The notes below the pieces were generated by a model, which had not been told where the DNA came from, searched no databases, and saw nothing but the letters and a program-made list of their open reading frames with translations. This document shows, one piece after another, positions 20,901 to 30,988 of a stretch of DNA of 64,000 bases. A program made the position numbers and the translations under genes. Each line of letters starts with the position of its first letter. Positions within the stretch are counted from its first letter, which is position 1. Source of the stretch: an uncultured virus (IMG/VR IMGVR_UViG_3300043540_000465) (Duplodnaviria; Heunggongvirae; Uroviricota; Caudoviricetes); the IMG/VR virus record IMGVR_UViG_3300043540_000465. One strand, 5' to 3'.

Positions 20901-23900
20901 ATGCGGTCAAGGAACACAAGTGGTTCTTCCGCGACGAGCTAGCCGCCTGCCTAGGGCAGCGCGCTGGCAAGACCGCATGCATCGGCTTCATCTCCACCTA
21001 CCACCTGCACCGCTTCCTCACGCGCGAAGCGCCGTGGCAGACCTACGGCGTGCTGGCCAATCAGAAGATGCTGATGACCTTCGTCGCCTTGACGGAGAAG
21101 CAGGTCGTGGAGTCGCTGTGGGACTCCTTCATCGGCAAGGTGGGTATCTCGCCGTGGTTCGACAAGTACCACAAGTTCCTCCGCGATGAAGGCAAGCGGT
21201 TGGGCGAGGAGCTGTTCTCGTGGAAGACCACCTTCATCACCTACTTCCACAAGCGGTTGATGGCGCACTACGCGGTGGCCGACGAGCGCACCCTGCGTGG
21301 TCCCACGCGGTTCTTCGCCTGTGTCACGGGCGATACGCTGGTTCCCACCGAGCGCGGCTTGCTGCGTGCCGATGCGTTACACGCTGGACATGCCCAGCAA
21401 GTTGTCACTGAAACTGGAACTTGGGGTGCGGTTACTAAGCGCTTCACGCAAGTTGCGCCGGTGATCCGCCTCCGTACGCAACATGGCTTCGAGTTGGGCG
21501 GCTCGCCTGAGCATCCGGTGCGCGTGTTGCGTCTCAACGGTCGGCTTACCTACAAGCGCCTGGAGGAGGTCACACGGCGGGATGTGGTAGTGTTGCGACG
21601 CGGCTTCACTTTCGCGACCACGCCTCCCGAGCTTCCCGAGGTGGCCGTCCCCGCTAGCAACAACCAGCGTTATCATGTCCCACGCGTGATGTCGCGCGAA
21701 CTAGCACGCCTGCTCGGCTATCTGGCGGCCGAAGGTGGCACGAGCAGCACCAACATGGCGAAGAACCACGAGCAGGTTACGCTCTACACCGCGGACGCCG
21801 AGATCGCGGACGACTATCGTCAATGCTTCGCCAAGGTATTCGGGCGAGCGCCGATCCAGGAGAGAGGGCGACCGTGGCGCTTCGCTACACAAAGTAACAT
21901 TGTGGTGCGTTTCCTGCGTGCCCTCGGGGCTGACGGTGATAGCCACACCAAGCAGGTGCCGTGGCCGATCTTGCAGGCGCCGCGAGAGTATGTCGTAGAG
22001 TTCCTGCGGGGTTACTTCGACGGCGATAGTACGCTTGACGACAATCGGTGCCTGACCGCCGAGAGCGCGTCGTTCGTACTACACCAGCAGATCCAGCTTT
22101 TGCTACTAGGGATCGGCATCGTCGCGCATCGACGTACGACGCAGCACCACGTCACTATCAAGCAAGCCGACGCCAGCTACGCGAAAGAGTGGCGCACCTA
22201 TAGCATGCTGCGCATCAGTGGACGTGCCCTCAATCGCTACGGCCAGCAAATTGGCTCAATCCTGCCGCGCAAGCGTGTACGTAGCGTGCCGCGTGATGAC
22301 CGCGACGTAATTCCGGTGATGGTTAGCGCGTTCCGTCAGCTCCCAGCGTCGTACTTGAGCCGTGTACGAACTGCCCGCGGTGTGGCACGGGCGATGTTGC
22401 GCGCTGGCGACTACGTAGGTCGCGCACTCGACGCAGTGGCACCGGCTACTATGCGGCGCGTGCGCAAGCTGGCACATCGACACCTCGTCTACGACCGGGT
22501 GGTGGCCATCACCACCGACACGCTGGAGCAGCCGGTCTACGACATCACAGTGCTGCCGCAGCATAACTTCGTCGCTAATGGTTTGGTTGTATCGAACTCA
22601 GTCGACGAGGTAGGCTGGTTCGACGCCAAGAACTACAACAAGAAGGTCAAGGGCAACGCGCGCGGAGTCATCGCCTCGCTGGCCAACAGCTTGATGACGG
22701 TGCGCGGCGCGGCCGAGAAGCGGCGCTTCCGCGGCGACTACGATCTACCTACTGCCATCATGTGTAACATCGGGTCGCCGTCGTCGATGGACGATGAGAT
22801 CATGCGGCTGGTGCGGATGGCCAGCAAGCATGTAAAGATCTTTGCCCTGCACGCGCCGACTTGGGATATCAATCCCGAGTTGAGCCCGGACGCGTGTCGC
22901 CGCGCGGCCGACGAGGATGGGGGTCTGGATTTCGACCGTGACTTTGGCGCGATTCCCCCGCTGGCCTCGGATCCGTTCATCGACAATAAGACCAAGCTGG
23001 ATATGATCTTCAGCCACGGCGATCCGCCGCTGCTGCACCTGGAGCCGCAGGAGAAGTTGCTGACGCTGTACGGACAGCCGGAGACCTTCGTGTGGTACAA
23101 GGTCACCAACACCATGCCCGAGCGCACCATCCCGCGCATGGTGGCCGTCGACACAGGCGAAACGTTCAACTCCTTTGGGCTCACGATCGCGCACTGGGAC
23201 ATCGAGAACAACCGCATCGTGGTAGATCAGGTCATCGAGATCAATCCGGCAGGCGGGCGGCGAGTATTTTTCCCTGGGGTGCTGAATGACATGCTGCTGT
23301 GGATGGCCGACAACCTGCGCGTGCGCCTGTTCGCCTTCGACCGCTGGCAGTGCCTTGCGGCGGGCACGCGAATCAACACGAATCGCGGCTTGATACCCAT
23401 CGAAGAGGTGGTTGAAGGGGACATGGTTCATTCTCGTGTCGGCCCCCGCCCGGTCAAGAAGCGTTGGTCCTTTGGTAAACGACCCACCCTCCGCCTCATC
23501 ACGGAAGATGGTGACGTGCTTGAAGGGACACACAAACATCGGATTGAGGTAGCTACGTCGTGGCAATACGATTCCGTGACTACTAGACTACGCCGCCCCG
23601 TGTGGGGCTGGCGTCGTTTGGATCAACTTAGAGTCGGCGATGTAGTCCATATGGTTGACGACGCGGTGTCGGTTGACGCCCCTGACGCCGCTCTGACGGG
23701 AGACAAACAACAGCTAGGCTTTCGCAAGACCGGCAGTGTGGGAAAGATTGCGGAGTGGGAGTTTCCCAAGACGATGACGCCTGCTCTAGCCGAATGGTTA
23801 GGACTTATTTGGGGAGACGGTACGATACAACGAGATGGCGTGAGCCTTACGGTGGCTGACCATGAAGCGCGCGATGCTGCTCGCGTGTTTGAGCGGCTGT

Positions 23901-25051
23901 TCGGCGTACCCTTCGCTTACCTGCCGCGCGGTGACCACCACGGAGTGGTTCAGGTTTCCGGCAGGTGGTTGGTCAGATGGTTGAAAGAAAATGGACTGAC
24001 TAAGCCGCTTATCCCCGAAGCAGTTCTACGCAGCAGCCGCAAGGTCAAGGCTGCCTTTGTCAAGGGCCTGTTTGCTACTGACGGCAACGTTAAGAAAGAT
24101 GACGGGGGAGTTTCCTTCTACACCAAACACCGGGTTTTGGCGGATCAGGTGCGCGTGCTGCTACGCACAGATTTCGGATTGGAGTCACAGCTGGTGGTGC
24201 TGGAGCGAAAGCCGGGCGACTACGTGCAGACGGGGCTACACTATGTAGTGTCGGTGCGTGGATCTCGACGGCGTTTTTTGGAGCAGGTATCCTTCTCCTA
24301 CCAGCGTAAGCAGAGCGAGTTGCGGCGGCACGCAGACGTTTGTGGACGACATGCTTATACGCGAGTGGCCTTGATCGAAGACAGCCAAGCGGATGTATAT
24401 GACCTTATGGTAGAGGACGACCCCTCATACATCGCCAACGGCTTCATCTCGCACAATTCCACGGACTTCGTCCATACCCTGGCTGACCACAAGCAAGACG
24501 CCGTCGTCCACTCACTCAAGTACGCCGAGATGGTAAACGTGCGCGCCGCGTTGCTATCGGATCAGGTGCTGTTGCCCAGCACCGATTTCAGGCTGGCATC
24601 CATCCAAGGCGCCACCGTCGACAAGGCGGTGCTGGCCAATCCTATATCCCATCTCAAGTTGCAGCTAGGCACTATCCGTAACCTGGGGCATCGCGTAGTC
24701 AAACCCGCCAAGGGCACCGACGATCTGTGGCGCACGCTAGCACTGGCAGTGCACCACATCCTCGGCCTCAAATCTGACTTCGCTGCCTACGTTACGGGAT
24801 TAGCAGGTCCGGCCCGGCGCAGCATGGCGCTATACGCGGTGCGCAAGGGTACCTTAGGGGGTACCGGAGGCTTCCGCGGCAGCACCGCGTCGTATTACTC
24901 CAAAAAGGCCCACGGGGTGCGCGGGCTGGTTACCGTCAAGAAGGGTGCGGGAGGTATGGCCTCGACTCCCAGCGGCCAGCGCGGACGCGGTCTAGGTCCG
25001 CAAGCTACAACGGCTCAACCTTCTACTGGGGCTAGCGTGAGGAAACGATGA
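17984..25051 (+). CDS. terL: Terminase large subunit with 4 inteins (about 720 aa after splicing)
   Basis: Walker A LGQRAGKT; Walker B FFA|SVDE rebuilt across an intein; motif III IGSP; nuclease motifs VAVDTG, FDRWQ|S and GTDDLW. Confidence 0.9.
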   Translation: MRARMGSAKHRARPTSAHRSREDARPFDPSELIKEAIKHDLDSSVLNEFDDRWVPKAKNIYDWCIDGEALVTTDHGLIPLHQLQKLVGKVKLLTSTGFASLLRWIPKGQRVTQRVTTAAGYSVIGTPDHLVKVLNPDLTLGFKPIRDLTVGDYVVLGVGKRQHRGKPLDLTQLVVKPTAIGWRSQPRRSSRRLVLPRRMSPDLATLLGYLSSEGHVRSDRLAFHNTDQVMIREFARCVLRSFAISVRPSGKTCCHINSAVVANYLIALGLAPVKASDKRIPWAILQADRASQLAYLRSYFNGDGGFGGRRMLAIYSSSERMTADLQCLLLQLGYLSRSSKLKTSAIPRRWRNKIFKSGPLWKVAVYGHQAVDLVRELHLTLPATWRYATKRRASQQHETIPYTHELLRRLRQQHLVVGGPKGLYTCSDGRQRRLGFAVHTPAGKTGYQLKGDWRRGSLTELLPAIATLDPAVAARLRAIVSAGLVFDAVKLITPETKRDVYDVTVASQGSPEFVANGVVVHNCVNRKFLGMDPFPMQMFLMLELFEDYCVAADTLVCTADGIKQIDALGPSTTGCGLQPRCVSLVTRDGVETTSRHGLTKRRAKVVELELERGLTLRATPTHRVLTANDNGEGEWRQLDRLNTNDYVAVKLGADLWAKRSAPLDGFSYAQSKYRSAREYPTPRKCTPELARVLGYLVAEGHVSTHEATFTNSDERLLDDYLRCVRACFGDVPVYVDVDQRKGKTKAGTLYQRATNLRIASRYVLAYLRYAGLGPSLSHTKEVPWSVLQSPKTLVLEFLRAYAEGDGSASSGCTHSASRKLTQQLVTILLNLGVLPAVRRLQPRTGRPQWMVDLRGPAERSYIEKVSCFAGMGRADQYAARPDVAEGTQYKRGLVWLRVRSVRAAGTADVYDVTVPGSQSFVADGVVVHNCPWCSDMEWWRNQLQVDTPLTEFRSHLQLYRHGKCRKCGRTRLDAVKEHKWFFRDELAACLGQRAGKTACIGFISTYHLHRFLTREAPWQTYGVLANQKMLMTFVALTEKQVVESLWDSFIGKVGISPWFDKYHKFLRDEGKRLGEELFSWKTTFITYFHKRLMAHYAVADERTLRGPTRFFACVTGDTLVPTERGLLRADALHAGHAQQVVTETGTWGAVTKRFTQVAPVIRLRTQHGFELGGSPEHPVRVLRLNGRLTYKRLEEVTRRDVVVLRRGFTFATTPPELPEVAVPASNNQRYHVPRVMSRELARLLGYLAAEGGTSSTNMAKNHEQVTLYTADAEIADDYRQCFAKVFGRAPIQERGRPWRFATQSNIVVRFLRALGADGDSHTKQVPWPILQAPREYVVEFLRGYFDGDSTLDDNRCLTAESASFVLHQQIQLLLLGIGIVAHRRTTQHHVTIKQADASYAKEWRTYSMLRISGRALNRYGQQIGSILPRKRVRSVPRDDRDVIPVMVSAFRQLPASYLSRVRTARGVARAMLRAGDYVGRALDAVAPATMRRVRKLAHRHLVYDRVVAITTDTLEQPVYDITVLPQHNFVANGLVVSNSVDEVGWFDAKNYNKKVKGNARGVIASLANSLMTVRGAAEKRRFRGDYDLPTAIMCNIGSPSSMDDEIMRLVRMASKHVKIFALHAPTWDINPELSPDACRRAADEDGGLDFDRDFGAIPPLASDPFIDNKTKLDMIFSHGDPPLLHLEPQEKLLTLYGQPETFVWYKVTNTMPERTIPRMVAVDTGETFNSFGLTIAHWDIENNRIVVDQVIEINPAGGRRVFFPGVLNDMLLWMADNLRVRLFAFDRWQCLAAGTRINTNRGLIPIEEVVEGDMVHSRVGPRPVKKRWSFGKRPTLRLITEDGDVLEGTHKHRIEVATSWQYDSVTTRLRRPVWGWRRLDQLRVGDVVHMVDDAVSVDAPDAALTGDKQQLGFRKTGSVGKIAEWEFPKTMTPALAEWLGLIWGDGTIQRDGVSLTVADHEARDAARVFERLFGVPFAYLPRGDHHGVVQVSGRWLVRWLKENGLTKPLIPEAVLRSSRKVKAAFVKGLFATDGNVKKDDGGVSFYTKHRVLADQVRVLLRTDFGLESQLVVLERKPGDYVQTGLHYVVSVRGSRRRFLEQVSFSYQRKQSELRRHADVCGRHAYTRVALIEDSQADVYDLMVEDDPSYIANGFISHNSTDFVHTLADHKQDAVVHSLKYAEMVNVRAALLSDQVLLPSTDFRLASIQGATVDKAVLANPISHLKLQLGTIRNLGHRVVKPAKGTDDLWRTLALAVHHILGLKSDFAAYVTGLAGPARRSMALYAVRKGTLGGTGGFRGSTASYYSKKAHGVRGLVTVKKGAGGMASTPSGQRGRGLGPQATTAQPSTGASVRKR
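18173..19549 (+). mobile_element. Intein TerL-1 (459 aa, LAGLIDADG)
   Basis: Starts CIDGEALV; block B GTPDH; LLGYLSSEG and YFNGDG; ends VYDVTV...ANGVVVHN, +1 Cys. Confidence 0.92.
19628..20770 (+). mobile_element. Intein TerL-2 (381 aa, LAGLIDADG)
   Basis: CVAADTLV...ATPTH...LGYLVAEG...YAEGDG...ADGVVVHN; +1 Cys is the first Cys of CPWC. Confidence 0.92.
21320..22597 (+). mobile_element. Intein TerL-3 (426 aa, LAGLIDADG) in the Walker B motif
   Basis: CVTGDTLV...GSPEH...LGYLAAEG...YFDGDS...ANGLVVSN, +1 Ser. Confidence 0.92.
23351..24457 (+). mobile_element. Intein TerL-4 (369 aa, LAGLIDADG) in the nuclease domain
   Basis: CLAAGTRI...GTHKH...LGLIWGDG...LFATDG...ANGFISHN, +1 Ser. Confidence 0.92.
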
Positions 25052-25419
25052 TGACCGTCCGTGAGCTGCTCGATCGCAAGTATCCCACGTGGAACTCCAA
25101 CCCGCTGATGCGAGCGGCGGTATGCACTCGGCTCATGCGTGCCGGGTACAATCTCGACGAGCACTTGCCACCGGAATCGATCAAGGCGGCTAAGGCCATC
25201 ATCCACCGGGCCAAGAAGGATCCACCCAAGATGCACAAGGTGGATCATCAGCGTATGGTCACTGCTGGCCTGCAGGTCGGCGTCATCACCAAGGTCGTCT
25301 GCAAGATCTGCGCCCAGCCTACCATCATCGCCAAGCTCGCTACGGGCGATGACGCGTACTACTGCCCCGCGTGCAGGGCGGTAATCGGCACGCTCGCGCA
25401 GCTTCAGCCTACACTTTAG
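25048..25419 (+). CDS. Small protein with C-terminal zinc ribbon (CKIC...CPAC)
   Basis: Overlaps the terL stop (ATGA); two CxxC motifs. Confidence 0.7.
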   Translation: MMTVRELLDRKYPTWNSNPLMRAAVCTRLMRAGYNLDEHLPPESIKAAKAIIHRAKKDPPKMHKVDHQRMVTAGLQVGVITKVVCKICAQPTIIAKLATGDDAYYCPACRAVIGTLAQLQPTL

Positions 25420-25506
25420 CACTACGCTGCAGCTTACACGCTGCCCACCTTCGGCTATTTTTTGGTGGAGGTTAACTCCTACCGCCACCTTACCGGAGGT
25501 CTTTCC

Positions 25507-25857
25507 ATGCAGCGTGTCCTGATGTCGTTCAAAGTCGCGGACGTCAAGGCGATCGAAGAGATCCGACTGGTGCGTCCTAGCGATGGTAGCGTGCAGACCA
25601 TGCGCGTGCTACCCATCTCGTCGGACATCGTCGAAGACGCCGTGCGCAACGCGCTCGCCAACGCCGCCAAGCAGCCCATGCCTCCCACCGCTCAGATCTA
25701 CGTCTGCACCATTCGCGATGAGCTACCGCCGTCCAAGCGCGACGACGGAACGCTGGAAGATCGGGTGGTCTACGGCATCTGCGTGTCGTCCGAGCCGGCT
25801 ACGGTCGAGGTGATCGAGCCGCACTTCGTCAAGCCGCACGATGTGCGGGTAGGATAG
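25507..25857 (+). CDS. Hypothetical protein
   Basis: GGAGGT RBS before ATG 25507. Confidence 0.7.
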   Translation: MQRVLMSFKVADVKAIEEIRLVRPSDGSVQTMRVLPISSDIVEDAVRNALANAAKQPMPPTAQIYVCTIRDELPPSKRDDGTLEDRVVYGICVSSEPATVEVIEPHFVKPHDVRVG

Positions 25858-25860
25858 TAC

Positions 25861-28800
25861 ATGGCGCTCTTCAAGGTGTCCACCTACGATGGCCGCGTCA
25901 ACCCCAGCAGTCGGCGGTTGGCCATGGAGGCGTCGGAGCAGCGCAACGGCGTAGCAGTTATCCGTCGGGCCTCCGCGGATGGTAGCAAGGCCAGCACCGG
26001 CACCATCATCAAGCGCGGTGGAGTTGCCGGACCTGCCTCTACTCCTGGCGGAGGTCTCGCCGCCCCAGGCGGTCTGCGCACGCCGTCGACCATCCGTAAC
26101 CAGACCGGCAACCCCCTACTAGACAACTCGCTGGTCGACTACTGGATCCCCATCGATCCGGTCGGGCTGCACCAGCTGTGGCGCCGCATCTACCTGCGCG
26201 ATCCGATCTGCGGTCCTGCCATCGACTTCTTTCGTGAGCTACCGTGGTCGGAGTGGACGCTGTCTGGCGTGGACGACAAGCTACTGCAGCGCTACGACGA
26301 CACGCTGCATCGGATCAACCTGTTGGGGTGGTTGCCTGAGTTCTCCGGCGACTTCCTGGTGCTGGGCAAGGGCTGCCTGCACCTACTGTGGGATCGTACC
26401 AAGGGCGAGTGGAGGGATCTAATCATCCACGATCCCGACCACATCGAAGTCAGCATCGTGCCACTAGTCAACCAGCCCATCAAGGTGGACCTGAAGCCCA
26501 CGCCCGCCCACCAAGCGTTCATCTTGTCGCCCGATCCCCGCGACCAGATGGCGCGCAAGGAACTGGACCCCAACATCATCCGCATGATCCTCTCAGGCGA
26601 GCCCATCCCGCTCGATCCACGCAATACTCTGTACCTACCGCGCCGCGCGTTCCCCTACGACGTCGAAGGGGTGTCACTGTTCTGTGTGGCTGGGAGTACC
26701 CGCATTCCTACTCAGTTTGGTCTGGTGCGCGTGGACCAGCTCCCCAAACTACTGCGGTTAGACCGGCAGCCGCGGATCCGGATCGACGACGAACGCTACG
26801 AGTACGAGACCGGCCTGTCACTGAAGTCTGAGGTCTATGGCCAGCGGACTGCCGTGACCAACTGGATCTACTCGGGAGTCCGGCCTACGCTGCAACTACG
26901 AACCGAGCTAGGGTATCGGCTCACGGTCACCCCCAACGAGAAGGTACGGGTGCTCAACACGCAGCTAGAACTGGAGTGGAAGCGGGCGGACGCGTTGACA
27001 GTCGGCGATCAACTGGTGGTGCAGCCAGGCACAGATACATTGTGGCCGGAGCACGAGCCCCGTCTGGGGAAGTTCCGACGGTGGGTACCCAAGAGCAACG
27101 AGGAACAGGATAAGCACCTAGCTCGGATACCGCGCCGTATGTCACCATCCCTGGCCCGCGTGCTGGGCTATCTGGTGGCGGAGGGACACGTTGGTGAGAA
27201 CCACGTCTCGTTCACCAACAGCGATGAGTTCGTGTTGCAGGACTATCAGACCGCGTTTGCGCGAGTGTTTGGTCTAGATCTTAGCGAAAAACTACTCCTG
27301 GCAGATACGCATAACCAACGTCACGCTGAAGGTCGACAGGGTTACGCATTCAAGAGAAACAAAGACGCTAGCGTGATCACCTGTTCTAGTACGGAACTAG
27401 TCCTGTACCTGGAACACTTAGGATACCGACGCGGGTCCAAGTCCGCCGCCAAACGGGTGCCCAAGCACCTCTGGCGTAGTACTCGCGTATCGGTTAGGGC
27501 CTTCCTGCAGGCGCTATTTGAGGGTGATGGCAGCATCACCGCCAACCAGGTGGACTACGCCACCCGTAGTCGGCGATTGGCGCGCGAGGTGCAGCTGCTG
27601 CTGTTGCAGTTTGGCATCGCGGCGTCGTGTCGGTTTCATCCGGTAGCCAAGATGTGGCATGTGCTGCTCGGCAACCGCGGATATGTTCAGTTCAACGAGA
27701 AGATTGGCTTCCGCTCGCCTACCAAGCTGGGCGTGTGGACGGCTAACCAAGAACGGATCCGGGCCGATAACAACTCAACGCTGTACGCTGTGCCGGGGAT
27801 CCGGGAGGCAGTGTTGGCCGAGTGCGAGCAGCGGCTTGTGGCCAACGACCGCATCCCGGCCTACGCTACGGTCGGGCTGCCGCCTGCAGGCGGGCGCACC
27901 TTCCTCAAGCTCGCTGATGGGTCGGTGGCCGCTAGCACTTTCCCCATGCGGGTGCGCCACCTCAAAGTAACGGCGACGCCGACCAACGATGCTTTCATGG
28001 CCGAGTTGGCGACGATCAGCCCGTCGTTGCACCAGCGACTGATCAAGCTACGCGACGCCCAATTGGTGTTCTCGCCGGTGACCGCCATCAAGCAGGGCCA
28101 GGTCCGGCCGGTCTACGATGTCACCGTGGGTAAGGTGCACGAGTTTGTCGCCAACGGTCTGGTGATCAGCAACTCAAGGACGATCTACTTTATCGCCCTC
28201 GAGAGGTCGCTGTTCACCGCGTCGATCTTGGCCGCACGCCGGCGTGCCGGTCCCGTCACCCACATTGCCGCGGGCAACGAGGAGTGGGAGCCGACCAACG
28301 AAGAGCTGGATGCGCTCGCCCTCGCGTACATGGAGTCCGAGGAAGACGCCGTATCGGCGGTCTTTGCCACCCGCAACGACGTGCAGGTCAACCGCGCGGT
28401 GTCGTCGCTGCAAGCGGACCTGTGGAAGATCAACGACGAATCGCAGTTCATCTCGGAAGGCAAGATGCGCGCGCTGGGCATCAACGACGCGTTCCTCTGC
28501 CTACCAGGAAATACGTTGCTCCCCACGCTTGAGCGTGGTCTGATCAGACTCGATAGCATCTCCTCTGGACAAGAGGGTGAAGCCCAGCCGATCTCACTGA
28601 CGGTGGGATCTAGCGTGAAAGCAGCTACTGCCGCGAAGTGGATTTTCAATGGAGAGAAGCCGCTGCTACGTCTGACCACGAAGCACGGCTACCGCATAGA
28701 AGCTACGGCCCAGCACCGCTGTCTGGTGCTGAACGATACCACGCTAGAAACGGAGTGGAAGCAGGCCAAGGACATTGGGCTGGGAGAACGGTTGTGCCTC

Positions 28801-30972
28801 AGCATGACGCCGGTGGTGCGTACCACTTCTTTGGCGCTTGACCTGCCGTCTCCGGTTCGTAGTAAGTACACTGCCCATGTCGAGCTCCCCCTGCGTCCTA
28901 CCACCATGACGCCGGAGCTGGCCTTTGTGCTAGGGATGGTGGTGTCGGTGGGACACCACGACCCCCATCGGGTCAGGGTGGTTAACCATGACACGGCGCT
29001 CTTGGATCGTTACGAAGACTTGGTGAAGAAGACCTTCGGGCTAACACCGACCCGCACTACCTGCTACTCGGAGGAGCGTGGATACATCCACGGCGGTACG
29101 CGAACGGCGCACACCAAGAACAGCTATGAGTCAGTCGTGGACAGCAGTGTGCTCGCAAGCTGGCTCACCTATCTCGGGGTACATTCAGGGGGAAAGCGGG
29201 GCAAAACCTCTTCCCGGTACAAGGAGGTGCCGTGGTCGATCCTCGAAGCAGACGAGTCGTCGCAGCTAGCGTATCTTGCAGCCTGCTTCGAGAGTAATGG
29301 ACATACGGCCCGCAACGGCTCGGCCCTTGCCTTCTATGCCTCATCGGCTAAAACCCTACGGCAGATGCAAATCTTGTTGGCCGCCCACGGTATTCTCAGT
29401 CGGCGGCTGCCCAAGAAGTACCACCGCTTGGAGTTGGATGCCAAGTTCTCGTGGACTCTGTATCAAAAGATCGGGCCTTACTTGGTTAGCAAGCGCGCGG
29501 CGTCCGATAAGTGGCGCACCAGCCATCATACGTTTGGCGTGCCCATCGGAGGCCTAAAGGCCGCGCTGGAGGAGCGCACGGTACTAGCGGATGCTACTGG
29601 GACGTGGTTCTTGAATGATGACGGCGTAGAAGTATATGTGCACCGCTGGAAGTCGTCACTGCAATCCGTGGGTGATAGCCTGCTGTACCAATCCTATCGG
29701 GAGGGCCGCTACACGGCCTTTATGGATCGGCTGCAATTGATCTCCCCGTTGTTGTATAAGCGCCTTCTGACCCTGTTACACTCTGAATATTACTTCGATC
29801 CCCTGAGTGCAATCAAGGATGTGGGAACGAAGAAGGTATACGATTTGACTATGGTCGAGGGGTGCGAGCCCGCCTTTGTGGCCAATGGGATAATAGTGCA
29901 CAACTCCGGCGACGCGTCGATCAACACCACCGAAGCCGCGACCTCGGTGTTCCTAGAGCGCATTCGCGCTCACCGCCGGCTGATGACCGAGCGCGTGGTC
30001 CAGCAAAAGATCTTCCGCGAGATGGCGCGCGCCAACCGTTGGGTCAAGCGCACGCCGGCGGAGATCACGCACCACGTGCGCGAAGACTCGGACGAGCAGG
30101 CGGCCCAGGACGACGATCGGCTGGCCATTCCTACCATCAACTGGACCAAGTCGCTCAAGCCCACCGCCGACGAGCAGCTGATCAACCTGCTGCGGCAGGC
30201 GCAGGAATGGGGTCTACCCATTACCATCCGTGACCTAGCTTCAGCTACCGGTATTGACATCGACGGCGTACTCAGCGATCAGACCGAAGAGGCTGAGCTA
30301 CGTACGAAGATCAAGACGTGGCAGGACACGATGCAGAAGACCGGCATCACCACCGGCGCCATGGCCCCCGGCGGTGAAGGTGGGGGTGGTATGATACCTC
30401 CGGGCGGGGGTTACGAGATGCCGGGCATGCCACCCGAGGGACCACCGGCAGGCGGTGAGGCTCCGAGTGGAGGTGAGGGCGGCGAAGCTCCGGAAGGCAT
30501 GGCAACCGCTGCCTCTTTCGGGGGCAACATCGAGGACGCGATCCAACAACGCATCGCGGCGCTGCCCATCTGGAACGACACCGGCCGCTGCATCAATGTG
30601 CATCGGGATCAGCTGCGCGAGCTACTACACCAGCCCGAGATGCAGCAGAAGCTAGCCCGGGGCATCAGCTGGCGGGCGCTGCAGAAGCACCTGCGGAATG
30701 GCTACACCTTCACCGAGCGCGAAACCGAAGTCATCGGCTACGCGTTGCACCGCGTCGGACTGGTACCCGACTTTGTAGTACCGCCAGGCTTCGCTCGCGC
30801 GGTCATGCAGAGCTGTGGCCGCGATCTGGATAACAACGCCGGGCTGCTCCGCGAGCTGCAATACATGGAGCGCTTTAGCACCGTACGTCGGCGCCTGGAC
30901 GCCGCCGGTGCTAACGCCCGCCTCAAGCGCGAATTGGCCATCCCTGGCCGCCGGCTATACACCGGTGTCTAA
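25861..30972 (+). CDS. Portal protein with 2 inteins (about 737 aa after splicing)
   Basis: Follows terL. RRIYLRDPICGPAIDF...ELP, FLVLGK and ALGINDAFL|SGDAS helical pattern; Gly/Pro/Glu-rich tail typical of portals. Confidence 0.8.
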   Translation: MALFKVSTYDGRVNPSSRRLAMEASEQRNGVAVIRRASADGSKASTGTIIKRGGVAGPASTPGGGLAAPGGLRTPSTIRNQTGNPLLDNSLVDYWIPIDPVGLHQLWRRIYLRDPICGPAIDFFRELPWSEWTLSGVDDKLLQRYDDTLHRINLLGWLPEFSGDFLVLGKGCLHLLWDRTKGEWRDLIIHDPDHIEVSIVPLVNQPIKVDLKPTPAHQAFILSPDPRDQMARKELDPNIIRMILSGEPIPLDPRNTLYLPRRAFPYDVEGVSLFCVAGSTRIPTQFGLVRVDQLPKLLRLDRQPRIRIDDERYEYETGLSLKSEVYGQRTAVTNWIYSGVRPTLQLRTELGYRLTVTPNEKVRVLNTQLELEWKRADALTVGDQLVVQPGTDTLWPEHEPRLGKFRRWVPKSNEEQDKHLARIPRRMSPSLARVLGYLVAEGHVGENHVSFTNSDEFVLQDYQTAFARVFGLDLSEKLLLADTHNQRHAEGRQGYAFKRNKDASVITCSSTELVLYLEHLGYRRGSKSAAKRVPKHLWRSTRVSVRAFLQALFEGDGSITANQVDYATRSRRLAREVQLLLLQFGIAASCRFHPVAKMWHVLLGNRGYVQFNEKIGFRSPTKLGVWTANQERIRADNNSTLYAVPGIREAVLAECEQRLVANDRIPAYATVGLPPAGGRTFLKLADGSVAASTFPMRVRHLKVTATPTNDAFMAELATISPSLHQRLIKLRDAQLVFSPVTAIKQGQVRPVYDVTVGKVHEFVANGLVISNSRTIYFIALERSLFTASILAARRRAGPVTHIAAGNEEWEPTNEELDALALAYMESEEDAVSAVFATRNDVQVNRAVSSLQADLWKINDESQFISEGKMRALGINDAFLCLPGNTLLPTLERGLIRLDSISSGQEGEAQPISLTVGSSVKAATAAKWIFNGEKPLLRLTTKHGYRIEATAQHRCLVLNDTTLETEWKQAKDIGLGERLCLSMTPVVRTTSLALDLPSPVRSKYTAHVELPLRPTTMTPELAFVLGMVVSVGHHDPHRVRVVNHDTALLDRYEDLVKKTFGLTPTRTTCYSEERGYIHGGTRTAHTKNSYESVVDSSVLASWLTYLGVHSGGKRGKTSSRYKEVPWSILEADESSQLAYLAACFESNGHTARNGSALAFYASSAKTLRQMQILLAAHGILSRRLPKKYHRLELDAKFSWTLYQKIGPYLVSKRAASDKWRTSHHTFGVPIGGLKAALEERTVLADATGTWFLNDDGVEVYVHRWKSSLQSVGDSLLYQSYREGRYTAFMDRLQLISPLLYKRLLTLLHSEYYFDPLSAIKDVGTKKVYDLTMVEGCEPAFVANGIIVHNSGDASINTTEAATSVFLERIRAHRRLMTERVVQQKIFREMARANRWVKRTPAEITHHVREDSDEQAAQDDDRLAIPTINWTKSLKPTADEQLINLLRQAQEWGLPITIRDLASATGIDIDGVLSDQTEEAELRTKIKTWQDTMQKTGITTGAMAPGGEGGGGMIPPGGGYEMPGMPPEGPPAGGEAPSGGEGGEAPEGMATAASFGGNIEDAIQQRIAALPIWNDTGRCINVHRDQLRELLHQPEMQQKLARGISWRALQKHLRNGYTFTERETEVIGYALHRVGLVPDFVVPPGFARAVMQSCGRDLDNNAGLLRELQYMERFSTVRRRLDAAGANARLKRELAIPGRRLYTGV
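26683..28173 (+). mobile_element. Intein Portal-1 (497 aa, LAGLIDADG)
   Basis: CVAGSTRI...LGYLVAEG...LFEGDG...ANGLVISN, +1 Ser. Confidence 0.9.
28498..29904 (+). mobile_element. Intein Portal-2 (469 aa, degenerate LAGLIDADG)
   Basis: CLPGNTLL...ATAQH...LGMVVSVG...CFESNG...ANGIIVHN, +1 Ser. Confidence 0.9.
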
Positions 30973-30988
30973 CAGCGGAGCAATCACC